Assembly (NCBI GenBank): GCA_004297165.1
Contig: SCUJ01000010.1
Span: forward strand, 73,666-137,665
Source of the DNA: Gammaproteobacteria bacterium
GTDB taxonomy: Bacteria > Pseudomonadota > Gammaproteobacteria > Eutrophobiales > Eutrophobiaceae
Length of the DNA stretch: 64,000 bases
Direction: 5' to 3'
The first letter of the stretch is position 1, and every line of letters begins with the position of its first letter. The notes below the pieces were generated by a model. It was not told the DNA's origin, made no database searches, and worked only from the letters and a program-made list of their open reading frames with translations. This document shows, in pieces, positions 62,405 through 64,000 of the stretch. Both the position numbers and the translations under genes were made by a program.

Positions 62405-62785
62405 TCAGAAGGTAATGAAGGCGCGGTAACGCGCGATGGCGATGATGCAGAAGAAGGTCAGCCAGGCGCCGATTAATGATATCACCCGGCGCGGTCTGGT
62501 TCTCCCATATCTGAGCGCCAGCGCGCCCAGGATGATGTACAGGAGCAGACCGCCCAGTTTCAGCAGCAGCCAGGGTTGGGTGAACACGCCGTTATAAAAC
62601 ATCACGACCAGGGAGATCCCGGTCGTGAGCAGGATGGCGTCAATGATGTGCGGCACGGTGCGCGCCAGCGGATGCCGCAACAAGGCGTTCTCCGTGAGCA
62701 TCCAATAGCCGCGCAGGCTGAACGAGATGAAGGTCAACGCCACACAGGTCAGATGCAGGTACTTCAGATGGAGATACCAGTTCAT
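62405..62785 (-). CDS. SirB2/YchQ-family membrane protein
   Basis: LKYLHL..V, PHIIDAILL.TG, WLLLKL..LLLYIILG. Confidence 0.88.
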   Translation of the reverse strand: MNWYLHLKYLHLTCVALTFISFSLRGYWMLTENALLRHPLARTVPHIIDAILLTTGISLVVMFYNGVFTQPWLLLKLGGLLLYIILGALALRYGRTRPRRVISLIGAWLTFFCIIAIARYRAFITF

Positions 62786-62891
62786 GTTCTTCGTCTGTGC
62801 CCGATGATTGATACGACGCCCCGGCGGCGATCCAGCACTTGTGCGTCGCCTGGGTTATAATCACGCGCAAACCGCATGCAGGAACCCGCCG

Positions 62892-63155
62892 ATGACCGAC
62901 ACGCAACTACGGGAACAATTGGAGAAACTACGCCGGGAGATTGACCGGATGGCCGGTGATGACCCCAAGGTCGGACACCTCGGCCAGTTGGTCGACGATC
63001 TCGAACATAAACTGGCAAAACCATCCGACGCCGAACACCACGACCGACTGCTGCGCGGGCTCAAGGATACCATCAGCGAGTTCGAAACCGAACATCCCCG
63101 CGCGACGGCGATACTGAACGATATCCTGGTCTTCCTGAGCAACATGGGAATTTAA
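62892..63155 (+). CDS. DUF4404-family small helical protein
   Basis: [21 protein letters not shown]...LSNMGI. Confidence 0.8.
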   Translation: MTDTQLREQLEKLRREIDRMAGDDPKVGHLGQLVDDLEHKLAKPSDAEHHDRLLRGLKDTISEFETEHPRATAILNDILVFLSNMGI

Positions 63156-64000
63156 ATCTTGATCCGGCGCAGACGCAAGGCGTTGGTAATGACCGAGACC
63201 GAACTTAAACTCATCGCCGCGGCCGCGAGCATCGGCGAGAGCATCAGGCCGAACCACGGATAAAGCACGCCGGCCGCGACCGGCACCCCGACCGAGTTGT
63301 ACACGAAGGCGAAGAACAGATTCTGCCGGATATTGCGCAGGGTGGCGCGGCTGAGCCGGCGGGCCCGGACGATTCCACGCAGATCCCCCTTGATCAAAGT
63401 CACGCCCGCGCTGGCCATCGCCACATCCGTGCCGGTTCCCATCGCGATGCCCACATCCGCCTGGGCGAGCGCTGGGGCGTCATTGATCCCGTCCCCCGCC
63501 ATGGCCACCTTGCGGCCCTGGGTCTGGAGGTCGCGGATTTTGGTGAGTTTCTGTTCCGGCAGGACCCCGGCAATCACCTCATCCAGACCCAGTTGCCCGG
63601 CTATGGCCTTCGCCGTGACCGGATTGTCCCCGGTCAGCATGATGATCCTAAGGCCGTCCGCGCGCAGCTCCCGTAACGCCTCGGGCGTGGAAGACTTCAC
63701 GCTGTCCGCCACTCCAATCACCCCGGCGGCGGCCCCGTCCACGGCCACGAACATGACGGTCTCTCCTGCGCCTTGCAACCGCTCCGCGGCTGACATCAGG
63801 GAATCACACGCAATAGAGTTCTCTTCAAGAAACAGCCGGCTGCCAATCAGAACCTGACGGTCAGCGACCTCTCCCCTCGCACCCTTGCCGCTCACGGATT
63901 GAAAATCCTGCACGCCAGTCAATTGCAAATCCTGTTGCCGCGCACCGGCGACAATGGCCTCCGCCAGCGGATGTTCGCTGCCGCGCTCCAGACTCGCGAC
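63152..64000 (-). CDS. copA: P1B-type heavy-metal (Cu+) ATPase, C-terminal part; 5' end outside window
   Basis: [43 protein letters not shown]. Confidence 0.92.
   Translation of the reverse strand, partial: VASLERGSEHPLAEAIVAGARQQDLQLTGVQDFQSVSGKGARGEVADRQVLIGSRLFLEENSIACDSLMSAAERLQGAGETVMFVAVDGAAAGVIGVADSVKSSTPEALRELRADGLRIIMLTGDNPVTAKAIAGQLGLDEVIAGVLPEQKLTKIRDLQTQGRKVAMAGDGINDAPALAQADVGIAMGTGTDVAMASAGVTLIKGDLRGIVRARRLSRATLRNIRQNLFFAFVYNSVGVPVAAGVLYPWFGLMLSPMLAAAAMSLSSVSVITNALRLRRIKI

Noticed and set aside
52526-64000. Genomic island integrated at the tRNA 3' end
   Set aside because: No integrase and no repeated tRNA 3' end (attR) found by eye in the window

Overview
Mostly core chromosome of a GC-rich Proteobacterium, very likely a Gammaproteobacterium by gene order (groESL/rho/trxA/rhlB, lptM-lysA, glnA-DUF4124-ntrBC, glyQS-gmhB-plsC, folB-folK, plsY/tsaD, rpsU-yqeY-dnaG-rpoD). 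No CRISPR array, prophage, integrase or full-length IS is visible. Main non-obvious items: (1) the tRNA-Ile2(CAU) gene after rpoD is split by a 238-nt group I intron (IC3-like, same site as the Azoarcus tRNA-Ile intron) whose core helices can be paired by eye and which has an extra hairpin between P7 and P3; (2) directly downstream lies a tightly packed four-gene cluster (Mo-bisPGD oxidoreductase, metal TIM-barrel, cobalamin-dependent radical SAM enzyme, beta-hydroxyacid dehydrogenase) that matches no pathway I recognise; (3) a 109-bp MITE with IS5-like 17-bp terminal inverted repeats, a CTAA duplication and a REP-like doublet inside; (4) a stand-alone sulfur-oxidiser-type sat, a CIRCE operator on groESL, sigma54/NtrC sites, and a small AT-richer PEP-CTERM islet with candidate enhancer boxes. 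Protein calls rest on motif recognition only; no database searches were run.
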